Source of the DNA: a virus
Reading direction: 5' to 3' (one strand)
IMG/VR virus record: IMGVR_UViG_3300042894_005670
DNA length: 64,000 bases
Shown here: piece by piece, positions 1 through 10,862 of the stretch
How the letters are laid out: every line of letters begins with the position of its first letter
How positions within the stretch are numbered: position 1 is the stretch's first letter
Notes under the pieces: generated by a model
The model's database searches: none
Told to the model about the DNA's origin: nothing
What the model saw: the letters and a program-made list of their open reading frames with translations, nothing else
Made by a program: the position numbers and the translations under genes

Positions 1-252
1 AACTTGACCCATATAGGGTTCATTAGCTGCTTCATAGTAAATATTTGTTGCCAAACATTTAATTTGATCGGTGCTAAACTGTTTTACAACAGGTGTATGC
101 TTAACTACTTCAGTTACTTCTTTGATGGTTTCAACGACTGATTCTACAGAATTATCGACTACTACCATATTAATTTTCGGTTGATACATATGAAGCGCAA
201 TCGCTAGCGGTATCAATAAGGAAATTAGTCTTATATTGCTTAATACAAGCAT
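1..252 (-). CDS. Cell-wall hydrolase (SleB/Hydrolase_2 family), 5' part; runs off the window start
   Basis: Not in ORF track. Manual translation from ATG at 252 gives MLVLSNIRLISLLIPLAIAL...QIKCLATNIYYEAANEPYMGQV: hydrophobic N-terminus plus the C-LA-NIY-EA-E--GQ SleB motif; AAAGGAG upstream. Confidence 0.8.
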   Translation of the reverse strand, partial: MLVLSNIRLISLLIPLAIALHMYQPKINMVVVDNSVESVVETIKEVTEVVKHTPVVKQFSTDQIKCLATNIYYEAANEPYMGQV

Positions 253-313
253 TTATATACTCCTTTCTTATTAAACCTAGAAATCTAGGATTAATCTGTA
301 AATCAAGATTGGA

Positions 314-2710
314 TTAAAATATCCAACACTCGCAATTACAAATTGTAACATCATCAATAGCTTCCGTTGGTGTAAAGCTTGATGATGGGGAACTAACTAA
401 CGGCTGTGGAACCGTAAAGATACTCTCCAAGTTTGGTAACACACCTGCAACTTGTGGATAGCCTCCACGTTGTGGCGAAGGTGGATCTTGTACGACTAAA
501 TCGACAGGATCACTGAGGTTACGGCCTGGGTTATCGATGTTAAGGTTGGTGACTGCGGCACCTACGGTTTGAAGTCCTCCTGTTTGGTTGTTAATTGGGT
601 CTCCAACTTGGGTCATCGTGGGTCTAAGCACAGGTGCTATGCCACTTGGCGGTAATACACCATTAACATATATTTGTGGTGGTTGAGCTGCATTATATCC
701 ACTACCAATATTTGTAATGGCTATGCTTGTTATAGCACCATTAGTGACAATTGCAGTTGCACTAGCTGTTGGAGTAACTAGGCTATCACTAACATCATTA
801 TCAAGCACACCACCTATTAACGCTACTCGATTTGCATTACGAGCTTCACGTAATAATCCTACTATACTTTGTCCTGTTAAATTATCTGTATCAGCAATTG
901 CTTCTATTGATCTTGCAATTTCTTTATATTCTGTTTCCACTGCCCATGTTTCTAATCGACGTATAAAGTCATATATGTCAGTGCGATTACTATCTTCACT
1001 GACTAACGTAGGAACTGTTATAGCAAATACTATGGCACGTTGTTCTATCGTTAATTGTGAACCTAGCTGATTCCACCAAAAATTTAATTGAGCAGCAACG
1101 GCTGCATTAGCTGCTACAATAGAAGCAATCTCTGCATTAGCAGCATTAATATAACCTTGTAAAACACTGTTGTCAAGATACCCAGGATCGCTTGGTGTTA
1201 ACTGTGTCCAATTCCACATATTTAAATAAGCAGTCGCTAAGGTAGGTGTGGCTAATTGATTTATTAAGTTTACTATATTACCATAAATTGCGTTATAATA
1301 GTCACCACTCATTGCACCAATAAAATCAACCATACAATAAGTATTACTATTACCACTACCTAATGCAACTAATGCTAACGCTTGATTAGCTGCATCCCTT
1401 GACCCAGGCACCCCCTCATCATTATTAATCAATGGCAAATCCTTATTAGTTACTTCTAATTGAGTAACAACTTGTGCAAATTTTTGAAAGGGCATTTGCC
1501 TAATTTTTTTAATTTGTTGCATCGAATAACTAAAAGCAGCAGCAGGTATAGCAATGTCTAAGGGTAAAGAATTACCTAAGTATTCACCATAGTTTGGTAT
1601 GCGATTATTAACACCACCATTAACATATATAAAATCATAAATTTTTACTGATATAGTATCAATACTATAACGTGGCACAGTAATAGTATCATATGAGTTA
1701 GGAAACATTTTCTTTATATTAATTAAATCAGCTAATGTTTCTAAATTTACTGTTTGACAATTGGTAATAGTTTTGATTTCGTCTAAATCTACACCTTTAA
1801 TTAATAATAAAGCATCATATATTTTTTTACGTTGTTGATCAGTAGCAGGTGTTTTACTAATTAAAATACTATTAAGTTCATCTGTTGTTAAACCTTGTGC
1901 TAACAGTGCTAGTTTTAATGAATCAGTTAATGCATTTGCTGCTTGTAGTTGCAATAAAAACTTATCTGTCTGTCCAAAAAACTCAATATCAGCTAAATTA
2001 ATTGTATTACCTAAAGCAATTAAGTCATTACCAAAATACTTAAATGCCAAACTTAAACCTGAAATATCAGCAGTGGTCAAATCATTCATGTTACTATAAG
2101 CATTATCTAAAAACCCTTTAGTGTTTTTAAAACTTGCAATAATTTGATTTGTCTGATCACGCCAATTTTTATACTGACCAATACTTCTTATTAATCTTAA
2201 ATAATGATTGCCACTTGATAAGTTCCAAAATTCATAATAAGCTTGTCTAGCGAATAATGCTATAAAACCTTGACTAAAATAAGAATCACCACTACTTGTA
2301 TTACGCTGTGCAGTATTATATACAGTATCTGTCCATCCTGTAATATATGACCATGTTGGTTCGGCTGAGTAGTTGCCTGGGTAGCCTAGGGGTGGGTAAG
2401 GATCACTTGCCCCCGCATAAGTTTGTTGAAAAGTAGTTGGTCTACTATTACCTAATGCAGCACATACACCACTACCTATGGCAATGGCATTACGATAGGT
2501 TGCATTGTTTGCTAAACTATAAATCAATGGTAATGCACGTGTTAAATTATATAACACAGTATTAGTAGTGACAGATCCCGCAGTATAGGTGGATGGTGTC
2601 CATGTACCTTGGTATGCTTGTGCTGTGGGATTAATACGAAAACCTTCACTTCGCATCAATCCACTCAAAGCATTTAGTTGTAGCGGAGTAAATTTACCTG
2701 ATAAACTCAT
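314..2710 (-). CDS. Large hypothetical protein, probably virion/baseplate-associated
   Basis: 798-aa ORF coupled downstream of the PAAR gene; A/T/N/S-rich; C-terminal CNCEC. Confidence 0.5.
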   Translation of the reverse strand: MSLSGKFTPLQLNALSGLMRSEGFRINPTAQAYQGTWTPSTYTAGSVTTNTVLYNLTRALPLIYSLANNATYRNAIAIGSGVCAALGNSRPTTFQQTYAGASDPYPPLGYPGNYSAEPTWSYITGWTDTVYNTAQRNTSSGDSYFSQGFIALFARQAYYEFWNLSSGNHYLRLIRSIGQYKNWRDQTNQIIASFKNTKGFLDNAYSNMNDLTTADISGLSLAFKYFGNDLIALGNTINLADIEFFGQTDKFLLQLQAANALTDSLKLALLAQGLTTDELNSILISKTPATDQQRKKIYDALLLIKGVDLDEIKTITNCQTVNLETLADLINIKKMFPNSYDTITVPRYSIDTISVKIYDFIYVNGGVNNRIPNYGEYLGNSLPLDIAIPAAAFSYSMQQIKKIRQMPFQKFAQVVTQLEVTNKDLPLINNDEGVPGSRDAANQALALVALGSGNSNTYCMVDFIGAMSGDYYNAIYGNIVNLINQLATPTLATAYLNMWNWTQLTPSDPGYLDNSVLQGYINAANAEIASIVAANAAVAAQLNFWWNQLGSQLTIEQRAIVFAITVPTLVSEDSNRTDIYDFIRRLETWAVETEYKEIARSIEAIADTDNLTGQSIVGLLREARNANRVALIGGVLDNDVSDSLVTPTASATAIVTNGAITSIAITNIGSGYNAAQPPQIYVNGVLPPSGIAPVLRPTMTQVGDPINNQTGGLQTVGAAVTNLNIDNPGRNLSDPVDLVVQDPPSPQRGGYPQVAGVLPNLESIFTVPQPLVSSPSSSFTPTEAIDDVTICNCECWIF

Positions 2711-2976
2711 GGGACAAATACATTATCGCTACCTTGCACTATGCTATGACCACAACTGTTACCACTACCTACTTTAAGTACAGGTGACCCTTCACAAATT
2801 ACAGTGGGCGAAGCAGAAGTAGTGACTGCATTAATATGCTTACCTTTCCTTTTGTGTGGCGTAATTGAACTTACGTGTAATCCAACAGGTTTACCATTAC
2901 AGTAAACATTGGAAGCACCACGTATAATTGCACCACCTTCTTGATTGGTATCACCTTTTCTGCTTAAACTTGGCAT
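2707..2976 (-). CDS. PAAR-type spike tip protein
   Basis: 89 aa with RKGD, NVYCNGKPV, H..H, CGH and GSDNVFV pattern of PAAR/gp5.4 proteins. Confidence 0.85.
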   Translation of the reverse strand: MPSLSRKGDTNQEGGAIIRGASNVYCNGKPVGLHVSSITPHKRKGKHINAVTTSASPTVICEGSPVLKVGSGNSCGHSIVQGSDNVFVP

Positions 2977-2981
2977 CGATA

Positions 2982-3287
2982 CTATCCTAAAATAACTTTT
3001 CTCTGTGTTGGGGTAGCAATACCTGTTGTTGCTTCGATATATTTTACCCTAATATTTTCATCTGTAACACCATAAATTGCTACATTATCTATATTTATGA
3101 CTAAATTTTTGTCATGATCTGCGGTGAATAAGCTTGGCACAAGACCCATGCCTTGGGGTCCTGGGGCTACGCTTACAGGTTGTGTCACACTAACACGATC
3201 AACCCCAACTTCTACAACCTTAGCAACTAACTCCTCACCACTATTCATTTTAAAACTATATACTTCATTAATTTCTATGTATTTCAC
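2982..3287 (-). CDS. Conserved phage protein, possibly Sm-like fold
   Basis: KMNSGEELVAKV start and YIEATTGI end are typical of small T4-like phage Sm-like proteins. Confidence 0.5.
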   Translation of the reverse strand: MKYIEINEVYSFKMNSGEELVAKVVEVGVDRVSVTQPVSVAPGPQGMGLVPSLFTADHDKNLVINIDNVAIYGVTDENIRVKYIEATTGIATPTQRKVILG

Positions 3288-3505
3288 GTTAACCTCTTTT
3301 TAAGATCATCATATCCACCAACATATTCCTCATCAATAAAAATCTGAGGAACAGTACGAGCATTAGGTACTACTTCTAATAACTCCTCTTTTGTATAACC
3401 ATCACCTATTTTTCTTTCTTCAAACTCAATGCCATGTTGCTTTAATAGTTGTTTTGCCTGATCACAAAATGTACAATGATATTTGCTCCATATAATAGCT
3501 TTCAT
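3284..3505 (-). CDS. Glutaredoxin
   Basis: CTFC active site, TVPQIF and GGYDDL motifs; follows nrdB. Confidence 0.95.
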   Translation of the reverse strand: MKAIIWSKYHCTFCDQAKQLLKQHGIEFEERKIGDGYTKEELLEVVPNARTVPQIFIDEEYVGGYDDLKKRLT

Positions 3506-3531
3506 TTTTTATCCTTTATTGGTATATAGTA

Positions 3532-4638
3532 TTAAAGTTGTGGTAGTAATTCTTTTTCTACCGTATCACTCATTACCCCAATAACATAGCTTGTACTTTC
3601 AGTTTCCTGTAGCGCAGCTTGCTTTTTATTCACGTTCAAATGTTTATTGAACCATGGAATGGGATTACTCTTAGGATGAGTACCACTATACTTTAATCCA
3701 ATATCACGTAGTTTAAGATATGCAGTGTAATCTACAAAATCTTTTAGAATTTCTGCATTCAAACCAATGACAGGACCTTTCTTGAACAAATAGTCTGCCC
3801 ATAGTTTTTCTTCACGTATAACATCTTCATACAAAGTGTATACTTCTTGTTCACACTCAATTTTGGCTTGTGCAAAACGTGGATCGTCTTTAACTACCTG
3901 ATTTATAATCCATGCTGTCCACTCAGTATGCAGTAATTCATCTTGTAAAATTAAACTAATAATGTTGCCATTACCAATAAAGATTTTATTTTCTACCATA
4001 GCTAAGCTTGTAGCAAAAGACACCATAAAACGAAATGCTTCTAAAGCATAACTTGCATTAAGTGCTAACCAAATTGCTTTGATATGCGTTGATTCAAGGA
4101 AAGGAATATAAGGAGGCTCAGAAGTTTCTTTCAAACAATTTAGTTTATGTAACTCATCATAATATTTACCTACACTAGATGCCATATCAATGATTTCTTG
4201 TGTATCATGGATTGTATTGAATACTTCTTTTGGCACACCGTAAATGTTACGTATAATATGACTATAACTTTTACTATGAATGTTGGTTTCAAAGAATGAC
4301 CAATTGTTTACTAATGCTTCTAGTTCAGGCAAACTTACTACAGGCGTAAACACTTGTGATGGTGCACGACCTTGTATACTATCTAACGCAGTTTGTCGTA
4401 ACAAATTACTAGTAAAGATATGCTTGATAGCCTCACTTGCATCTTTCATATCCATCTTATCTTTGGTTAGTGTTACTTCTTCAGGTACCCAAAAGAATCC
4501 ACGTGCAGTTTCTTCGAATTTTGCAATTCTTGGATACTTGACTTCTTCAAAACGTTGAACGGTAATTTCGCCATCCAAAAACATTTTTCTACTTAAATAA
4601 TCAGTTTTTTTTGTTAAATCATATTGTTGTTTGCTCAT
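3532..4638 (-). CDS. nrdB: Ribonucleotide reductase class Ia beta subunit
   Basis: FFWVPEEV, ETNIHSKSY, EAFRF and DELLH diiron motifs, C-terminal QETE..SY; start taken at MSKQQY. Confidence 0.95.
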   Translation of the reverse strand: MSKQQYDLTKKTDYLSRKMFLDGEITVQRFEEVKYPRIAKFEETARGFFWVPEEVTLTKDKMDMKDASEAIKHIFTSNLLRQTALDSIQGRAPSQVFTPVVSLPELEALVNNWSFFETNIHSKSYSHIIRNIYGVPKEVFNTIHDTQEIIDMASSVGKYYDELHKLNCLKETSEPPYIPFLESTHIKAIWLALNASYALEAFRFMVSFATSLAMVENKIFIGNGNIISLILQDELLHTEWTAWIINQVVKDDPRFAQAKIECEQEVYTLYEDVIREEKLWADYLFKKGPVIGLNAEILKDFVDYTAYLKLRDIGLKYSGTHPKSNPIPWFNKHLNVNKKQAALQETESTSYVIGVMSDTVEKELLPQL

Positions 4639-5294
4639 TTTTCTACCCATTGTTTAATTCTATTATGTACACCACTTGCTAAAACAATTTTACATATGTG
4701 TTCTAATCGCTCAATATGCTCAAATGCTCTCCAAGGTGTACTATCTACTGCGACTACTCCATGTCCTTTTATACCTACAATATCATACTTAATAAAACCA
4801 CGTTCGTCTAATCCTAGTGCCGCATGACAAGCATCGCCTAGCTCTTTACTAATTGGTGGAACATCACCAACATTAGGCGCAACTTTAGTATAACGACTTA
4901 ACTCAGGAAAATCTTTGACTAAATTTTGTAAAGAAATACCTGCATGCATAGCTGCAATAGTATAGGTAGGATGCACATGAACTACTACACGAATATCATC
5001 AAGGTGTTGCCCTAGTTCTTTTTGCAACCCAAAATGTAATGGTAACTCACCACTTGGTTGTAGGTTACCACTTATATCATCTTGCTCTATGATTTCATGA
5101 TGATAGTCATTTTGTGTTTTTACAATACGAATTTTTTTGAACATATCATATTGCATTTTTTGTTTACGTACACCGCTAGGTGTAATATAAAAATGATTAC
5201 GGTCATGGTATCTGATGCTTATATTACCATCTCTACTTGTAATCCAATTTCTATGATATGCTTCAACTAAAATATCACAACAAGTTTCCAACAT
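4635..5294 (-). CDS. Class II aldolase/adducin-family protein
   Basis: DGNIS, ITPSG, PSGELPLH, VVHVHP and GHGVV zinc-binding motifs. Confidence 0.9.
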   Translation of the reverse strand: MLETCCDILVEAYHRNWITSRDGNISIRYHDRNHFYITPSGVRKQKMQYDMFKKIRIVKTQNDYHHEIIEQDDISGNLQPSGELPLHFGLQKELGQHLDDIRVVVHVHPTYTIAAMHAGISLQNLVKDFPELSRYTKVAPNVGDVPPISKELGDACHAALGLDERGFIKYDIVGIKGHGVVAVDSTPWRAFEHIERLEHICKIVLASGVHNRIKQWVEK

Positions 5295-7618
5295 TATAAC
5301 TTACACCCTTCACAATCTTCCTCAGCAAATTCTTCCTCAATAGGTGGCATAAATGTTATAATGTTATCATCTTTCAACGCAGCTTTTGCGCCCATCTTAT
5401 TGATAAGTGAATAATAATATGTTTTCAATCCCCAATGTACACCAAGCATTAAATTTTTCGCAACGACTGTAGCAGGTACTTTACCCCCACTATAATGTGC
5501 AGGATTGTAAAAGGTATTTGTACTGATACTTTGATCGACATATGCAGCAAGAACAGCAGCAGTTTTTAGATAATCTACGCAATCAGTTTGTTCCCACATA
5601 AGTTGATAACGACTTTTTAATCTACGATATTCAGGAACAACTTGTACAAATGACCCCGCTTTACTTTCTTTTACACTGATTAACTCCATAGGCATCTCAA
5701 TACCATTTGTGCTGTTAAGAACTACACTGCTGCTTTCTACAGGAGCAATTGCCATCAATGTAGCGTTGCGTATGCCATGTTTTTTGATCTTGGCACGAAG
5801 TGGCTCCCAATCAATTGATGGTGTAAAATCGGTCAATTCATTTACACCTTGTGCTCGACGCTCCCAAGGAAATACGCCACGACCATAATAAGTATATTGA
5901 CTGCGAGCGCATGCACCACGTTCTTGTGCTAATTCAACACTCATTTCAGTTAAGTAAAATGCTTGATGTTCCATCCAGCGTTTTACTTCAGCAAGTGCTT
6001 CAGATGTACCATAACGATAATTTCTCCTAGCATGCCAATATGCAAGATTAGTGATACCCACACCAAGTGGTTCAAAATCATCATTGGCTAGTTTACTTTG
6101 TATACTAAGAAAGTCTTGGTAACCAAGTAAATTACTTAAGCTACGTACTAGTACACGACATGCTTTACGCATTTCTTGTGGTGTTCTAAATGACCCCCAA
6201 TTAATACTACCTAATGTACATAATGCGATTCTTCCATTAGCATCTTCAATTCTTTGGAATGGGCGAGTTGGTAATAATATTTCTTGGCAAAGATTACTTT
6301 GGTATATAGGATCTGTTTTAGTATCAAATGATGACTGTGCAATAACGTTATCAATATTTACAAGGTATATTCGCCCTGTATCAGTACGTTCTTTTAAAAT
6401 ACCATTTTTAAATATTTCATCCGCTGATAATACTTTTTTCTTTTTAGTTTTATCATGTTCATACTTGACATACAACTTTTCAAATTCTTCAGTATTACGA
6501 TAAAACGCTTGGTACAAATCAGGTACTTCATGTGGATCAAATAAGGTAATGTTTCCACCTTCACGATATCTGCGCCAAAAGAATTTACTTACCACAACGC
6601 TATAGTCCATTTGACGAACACGTGTTTCTTCCGTACCTTGGTTATTTTTTAGTACAATAAAATCTTCAAATTGTGCATGCCAAATAGGTAATGTAACGGT
6701 ACAACTTGCGTTACGAATACCACCTTGACTACAACTACGTAAATCACTAAACCATTTTTTAAGAAATGGTACTAACCCTGTGTGTTTAATTTCCCCATTG
6801 CGAATAGGTGCACCCAATGGACGAATTCTACCGATTTCTAATCCAATACCTGCACGTTTACTCGCATATTTTGCCATCATTTCTCCTGCAGCGAATATGC
6901 TATCAAGGGTATCATCACTACTGATAAGAACGCAAGAACTGAACTGTTTAGTAGTAGTGCCAAGCCCAGCAAGCACAGGGGTGGCAAGAGTGAAATGACC
7001 ATCTGAAGCGCACTCATAATAATCCTTGACATATTTTAATCTTGTTTCTTTTGGTTCATTGTGGAAAGCTGTAGCTGCCGCAATAGCATATCTTATTTGT
7101 GGAGTTTCATATAATGTATTGGTGGCACGATTTTGTACCAAATATTTTTCGCAAAGTTGTTCAATTGCGCTGTAGGTATATTTTTGATCTTTATCATGAT
7201 CGATAAACAATTCAATAGTATCCCATTCTTGCTCAGTATACCAACTAAGTAAATCCGCCGTATACATACCTAATTCTACATTACGTTTGACAATATCATA
7301 TAAACGATCAGGCTCATACTTGCCATAAACTTCTTTACGTAGCATTGAAACACGTTGGCGACCTGCTACGTATTGGTAATTGACATTATTAATTTCAGGA
7401 TTTTCTGATTCATCAATTAAATCAACCATAGCTTTTAGTAGTAATCCATCAATTGTTTTGGTGGACATACCATCTGTGAATTGTATTTGTGCCCTGATTT
7501 CTATCATACTTGGGCTAACATTATCTATACCCCTACATCCATTTTGTACTTGACGCTGAATTTTGGAAATATCTAGAGGAACACGAGACCCATCTCGCTT
7601 TATAACGTTGATTGTCAT
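5294..7618 (-). CDS. nrdA: Ribonucleotide reductase class Ia alpha subunit
   Basis: N-terminal ATP cone (VIKRDG), FSSCVL, QSNLCQEI, C-terminal CEGCKL. Confidence 0.97.
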   Translation of the reverse strand: MTINVIKRDGSRVPLDISKIQRQVQNGCRGIDNVSPSMIEIRAQIQFTDGMSTKTIDGLLLKAMVDLIDESENPEINNVNYQYVAGRQRVSMLRKEVYGKYEPDRLYDIVKRNVELGMYTADLLSWYTEQEWDTIELFIDHDKDQKYTYSAIEQLCEKYLVQNRATNTLYETPQIRYAIAAATAFHNEPKETRLKYVKDYYECASDGHFTLATPVLAGLGTTTKQFSSCVLISSDDTLDSIFAAGEMMAKYASKRAGIGLEIGRIRPLGAPIRNGEIKHTGLVPFLKKWFSDLRSCSQGGIRNASCTVTLPIWHAQFEDFIVLKNNQGTEETRVRQMDYSVVVSKFFWRRYREGGNITLFDPHEVPDLYQAFYRNTEEFEKLYVKYEHDKTKKKKVLSADEIFKNGILKERTDTGRIYLVNIDNVIAQSSFDTKTDPIYQSNLCQEILLPTRPFQRIEDANGRIALCTLGSINWGSFRTPQEMRKACRVLVRSLSNLLGYQDFLSIQSKLANDDFEPLGVGITNLAYWHARRNYRYGTSEALAEVKRWMEHQAFYLTEMSVELAQERGACARSQYTYYGRGVFPWERRAQGVNELTDFTPSIDWEPLRAKIKKHGIRNATLMAIAPVESSSVVLNSTNGIEMPMELISVKESKAGSFVQVVPEYRRLKSRYQLMWEQTDCVDYLKTAAVLAAYVDQSISTNTFYNPAHYSGGKVPATVVAKNLMLGVHWGLKTYYYSLINKMGAKAALKDDNIITFMPPIEEEFAEEDCEGCKL

Positions 7619-7629
7619 TTTTTAATACC

Positions 7630-8067
7630 TTATGTAATTTTGTGTTTTATGAGTTCTAAATCGAAAGTTTTCTTGACCGTAAAGTCGGCAGATTTGATAT
7701 TTAGAACCATGTTAGGCCAATAATTAAGTACATATTTTGCACCGTCAACTAAGACTAAAGGACAGTCTTCGCCTTGGTTATCAGTAGCCATAACAAGTTT
7801 ATTATTTTTAATTCCACACATTTCCACAGTATATAAAATACCTAGTGCACGTGTCAATAAACAATATGTATTTTCAGATAATAAAGTCCATGGATCAGGC
7901 CAATTGTACATATCCGTAGGATGTAAATGTCTGCTAACTAGTGGAGCATATTGCCACCATCTATCTATGTTTAAGCATTGTTCAATTAATAGTAGACTTT
8001 TGGCTTCAACCCGTAGCTGTTTCCAAGATCTTAATCGTTGTTCATACGAACATTGAAAAATATTCAT
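7630..8067 (-). CDS. Hypothetical phage protein
   Basis: 145-aa ORF in operon; WPDPW motif. Confidence 0.6.
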   Translation of the reverse strand: MNIFQCSYEQRLRSWKQLRVEAKSLLLIEQCLNIDRWWQYAPLVSRHLHPTDMYNWPDPWTLLSENTYCLLTRALGILYTVEMCGIKNNKLVMATDNQGEDCPLVLVDGAKYVLNYWPNMVLNIKSADFTVKKTFDLELIKHKIT

Positions 8068-8070
8068 GTA

Positions 8071-10830
8071 TTATGAGGTTGTTTGTCTTTTACCAATAAC
8101 GAAAAATGTGCTTGCTGCAGTACTAAACACGTTGAATGTATATACATCATATCCATTTGCAACAGGCGTAGGAGCACCTGATACCCAAGAAATGTTTGCG
8201 TTGGAACCATCAATTTGAATAACATTTGCTACAGAAATTGCAGTATTTGGGTTTTTAACGACTGCACTTAATTCCATGGTAGTACCTATTGGCATTACAT
8301 TAGACAAATTAGTAATATTAATTGTAAAGTTTGCGTTACCACCTGATTGAAATAGATAATTAGTTGATGATGCAGCATTGAAAATTAAAGTACCAATTGG
8401 AGCAAGTAAGAATATATTTGCATGTTCAACCGCTGAAGTTGTCACCGTACGATCAAATATACCAAAATCTGATGACAAATTAGGACTAGTAATATTGCCA
8501 ATATTCGCATAATTAGCAGAAATCACATTAGCTGATATGTTTGATACATTAGATAAATTGTTTACCGTTAATGTACCACCAATAGCTAAGTTAGTTAATG
8601 TACCTACGCTTGTAATATTGGGTTGGGCATTGCTATTTGCGCTTAAGGTTGCAGTGAGGAAACTGCCTACAGTTAAATTACTGCTAATTAAACCATTACC
8701 TGTGCTTAAAAAACTACCGTTACTATAAAAGCTAGTTGTACCTGTGTTACCAACAACTAAATTACTTAACTGTCCAATAGCAGTAACATTAGGTTGATTA
8801 GCAGTAATTAATTGACCACTTAAACCATTACTAGCTATAACGACATTAGCAGTTAAATTAGCACCAATATTAGCGTTAGTGTTTACCGTAAGTGATACTA
8901 AGTTACCAATGCTTGTAATATTTGGTTGTGATGCAGTGACTAAAGGTCCAACAATAGCGTTAGCATTAACTACATTAGAAAATACGTTTGTTGCATTTAC
9001 TGTATTGTTTACAGTTAAATCTACATTAGTGGCTATACCTAAATTACCAACTTGTAAAACATTGGCTGTACCACCTACACTAAAAAATATTGTACCATTT
9101 ATTGCAGGAATGCTTATATTGCTATTGCCATTTGCATAAAGACCAACAATGTTAGGTGCACTGAGATTACCTGAAAAGTTACCTGTACCTGCTACGTTAA
9201 CACCTGTGCCTGTAATATTAGCAACCGTATTACCTGCTGATATAAAAGCAATATTACTATTTGATGTTAATTGTATCCTGCTATTACCATTACTTAAATT
9301 ACCAATAAAATTAGCTGCCGTAATGTTTTGTGTAACAGTAACAGAATTTGCTATAGCTGTTGTTGCAGTAAATCCATCTGATGAAATGACTATAATGTCA
9401 GGTTGACCATTACTAGTAAACGTTATTGTAGAATTAGGTTGAATAACAATATTGCTATTACCATTAACCACACTAGAAGTATTAAAATTACCTGATATAG
9501 TATGTGCAACAATGTTTCCACTAAAGTTTGCATTGACACCATTTAAATTACCACCAATTGTCAAATTGGCAGCAATATTAGCTGTATTTGAAGTTATAGT
9601 ATCATTAGTAATTGTGGTAAGATTAGCATTTCCTGCAGTAATACGAGTAACAGTGACGTTACCATTTGATATAGCAACGTTGCCAAATGTTACATTGCCA
9701 TTGGCAGTTAACGCACCACTTAGAGATAAACTATTGCCACTTACGTTACCATTGACCGATAAATTTGCATTACTAATAGCTAAATCATTTGCGTTAGCAG
9801 TAAGTACAGCATCACCCAAAAATATAGATGAGTTACTTAAATAAATGTCTTTCCAACGATTAGTATTATTACCTAAATTATAGGTAACATTGGCGTTAGG
9901 GATTAAGTTTGATACGACATTCGTTACAGCAATTGTATTAACAGTAGTACTATTGGCTATGGTTAAATTACTAGCAGTAACATTTCTTGTGGCAACAACA
10001 TTACCTTCACTGATAAACACATTAACAGTAGCGTTTCCAACATTAGCGTTTGAGCTAAAATTAGCATTTGCTGCTGATACAAAACCTTGTGCAGTAAGAT
10101 TTCCTGTTAGGGCAATGCCTGTTGAATTTGCCCATACATTATAATTTCCTACGATTAAATTACCCGCTGTATTTGATCCTGAACCATCATTGACTTCAAG
10201 TGTTGTAGCTGCACGTAATACTAGATTAGCTACAATAGTATTAGATACAATGTTTGCGTTGACATTAGCTTGATCTACGGTAATTCTTGTGGCAAATATT
10301 TGCCCGTTGGATATATTGGCATTACCTGAAAAGTAAGCATTTGTAATATTTGCATTACCCATAGTTGCGGTATCAGTAACGCTTAAATTAGATGTAACAG
10401 TGCTTCCTGTCACAACTAATGCTGAATTTGAACTATAAAAATTTAAATTTGCGCTAGCATTTAAGGCACCTGCATTATTATATTGTATTTGATTTGTTGA
10501 GCCTGCTACTGTGCCTGCTACTGCGTTAGGTACAGCACTCCATGTTAATACACCGTTACCATTGGTTTGCAAAAAGTAACCATTATTACCCCCACCAAGT
10601 GAAAAGTTTGCCACATTGGATATGGTAACATTGCCACTTAAATCAATAGGGCTATATTTTGTAAGAATTTCTGTATTATTTGGATCAGGATCGCCTACAC
10701 GATTTGCGTCATTGCCAATAAATAGTCTGCGTTCATCGTCTGCCCAACCAAATTCGCCTGGGCTAAGTTGAGGTAAATCAGAGACATTACCCGTTCTTAC
10801 CTGTATTTTGCTTATTTGAATGATTGCCAT
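8071..10830 (-). CDS. Tail-fibre/adhesin-like virion protein with Mtd-N-like N-terminal domain
   Basis: N-terminus IQISKIQVRTG..LPQLSPGEFGWA.D.RRLFIGN; about 800 aa N/T/S/G/V/I-rich with QPNITSxG and NGNSNI repeats. Confidence 0.75.
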   Translation of the reverse strand: MAIIQISKIQVRTGNVSDLPQLSPGEFGWADDERRLFIGNDANRVGDPDPNNTEILTKYSPIDLSGNVTISNVANFSLGGGNNGYFLQTNGNGVLTWSAVPNAVAGTVAGSTNQIQYNNAGALNASANLNFYSSNSALVVTGSTVTSNLSVTDTATMGNANITNAYFSGNANISNGQIFATRITVDQANVNANIVSNTIVANLVLRAATTLEVNDGSGSNTAGNLIVGNYNVWANSTGIALTGNLTAQGFVSAANANFSSNANVGNATVNVFISEGNVVATRNVTASNLTIANSTTVNTIAVTNVVSNLIPNANVTYNLGNNTNRWKDIYLSNSSIFLGDAVLTANANDLAISNANLSVNGNVSGNSLSLSGALTANGNVTFGNVAISNGNVTVTRITAGNANLTTITNDTITSNTANIAANLTIGGNLNGVNANFSGNIVAHTISGNFNTSSVVNGNSNIVIQPNSTITFTSNGQPDIIVISSDGFTATTAIANSVTVTQNITAANFIGNLSNGNSRIQLTSNSNIAFISAGNTVANITGTGVNVAGTGNFSGNLSAPNIVGLYANGNSNISIPAINGTIFFSVGGTANVLQVGNLGIATNVDLTVNNTVNATNVFSNVVNANAIVGPLVTASQPNITSIGNLVSLTVNTNANIGANLTANVVIASNGLSGQLITANQPNVTAIGQLSNLVVGNTGTTSFYSNGSFLSTGNGLISSNLTVGSFLTATLSANSNAQPNITSVGTLTNLAIGGTLTVNNLSNVSNISANVISANYANIGNITSPNLSSDFGIFDRTVTTSAVEHANIFLLAPIGTLIFNAASSTNYLFQSGGNANFTINITNLSNVMPIGTTMELSAVVKNPNTAISVANVIQIDGSNANISWVSGAPTPVANGYDVYTFNVFSTAASTFFVIGKRQTTS

Positions 10831-10862
10831 AGTATATCTTTTATAGTGATATACTTATTTAT

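Noticed and set aside
276-312. Two short hairpins between the 798-aa gene and the SleB gene
   Set aside because: Stems are only 5 bp in AT-rich DNA with no clear U-tract, too weak to call.
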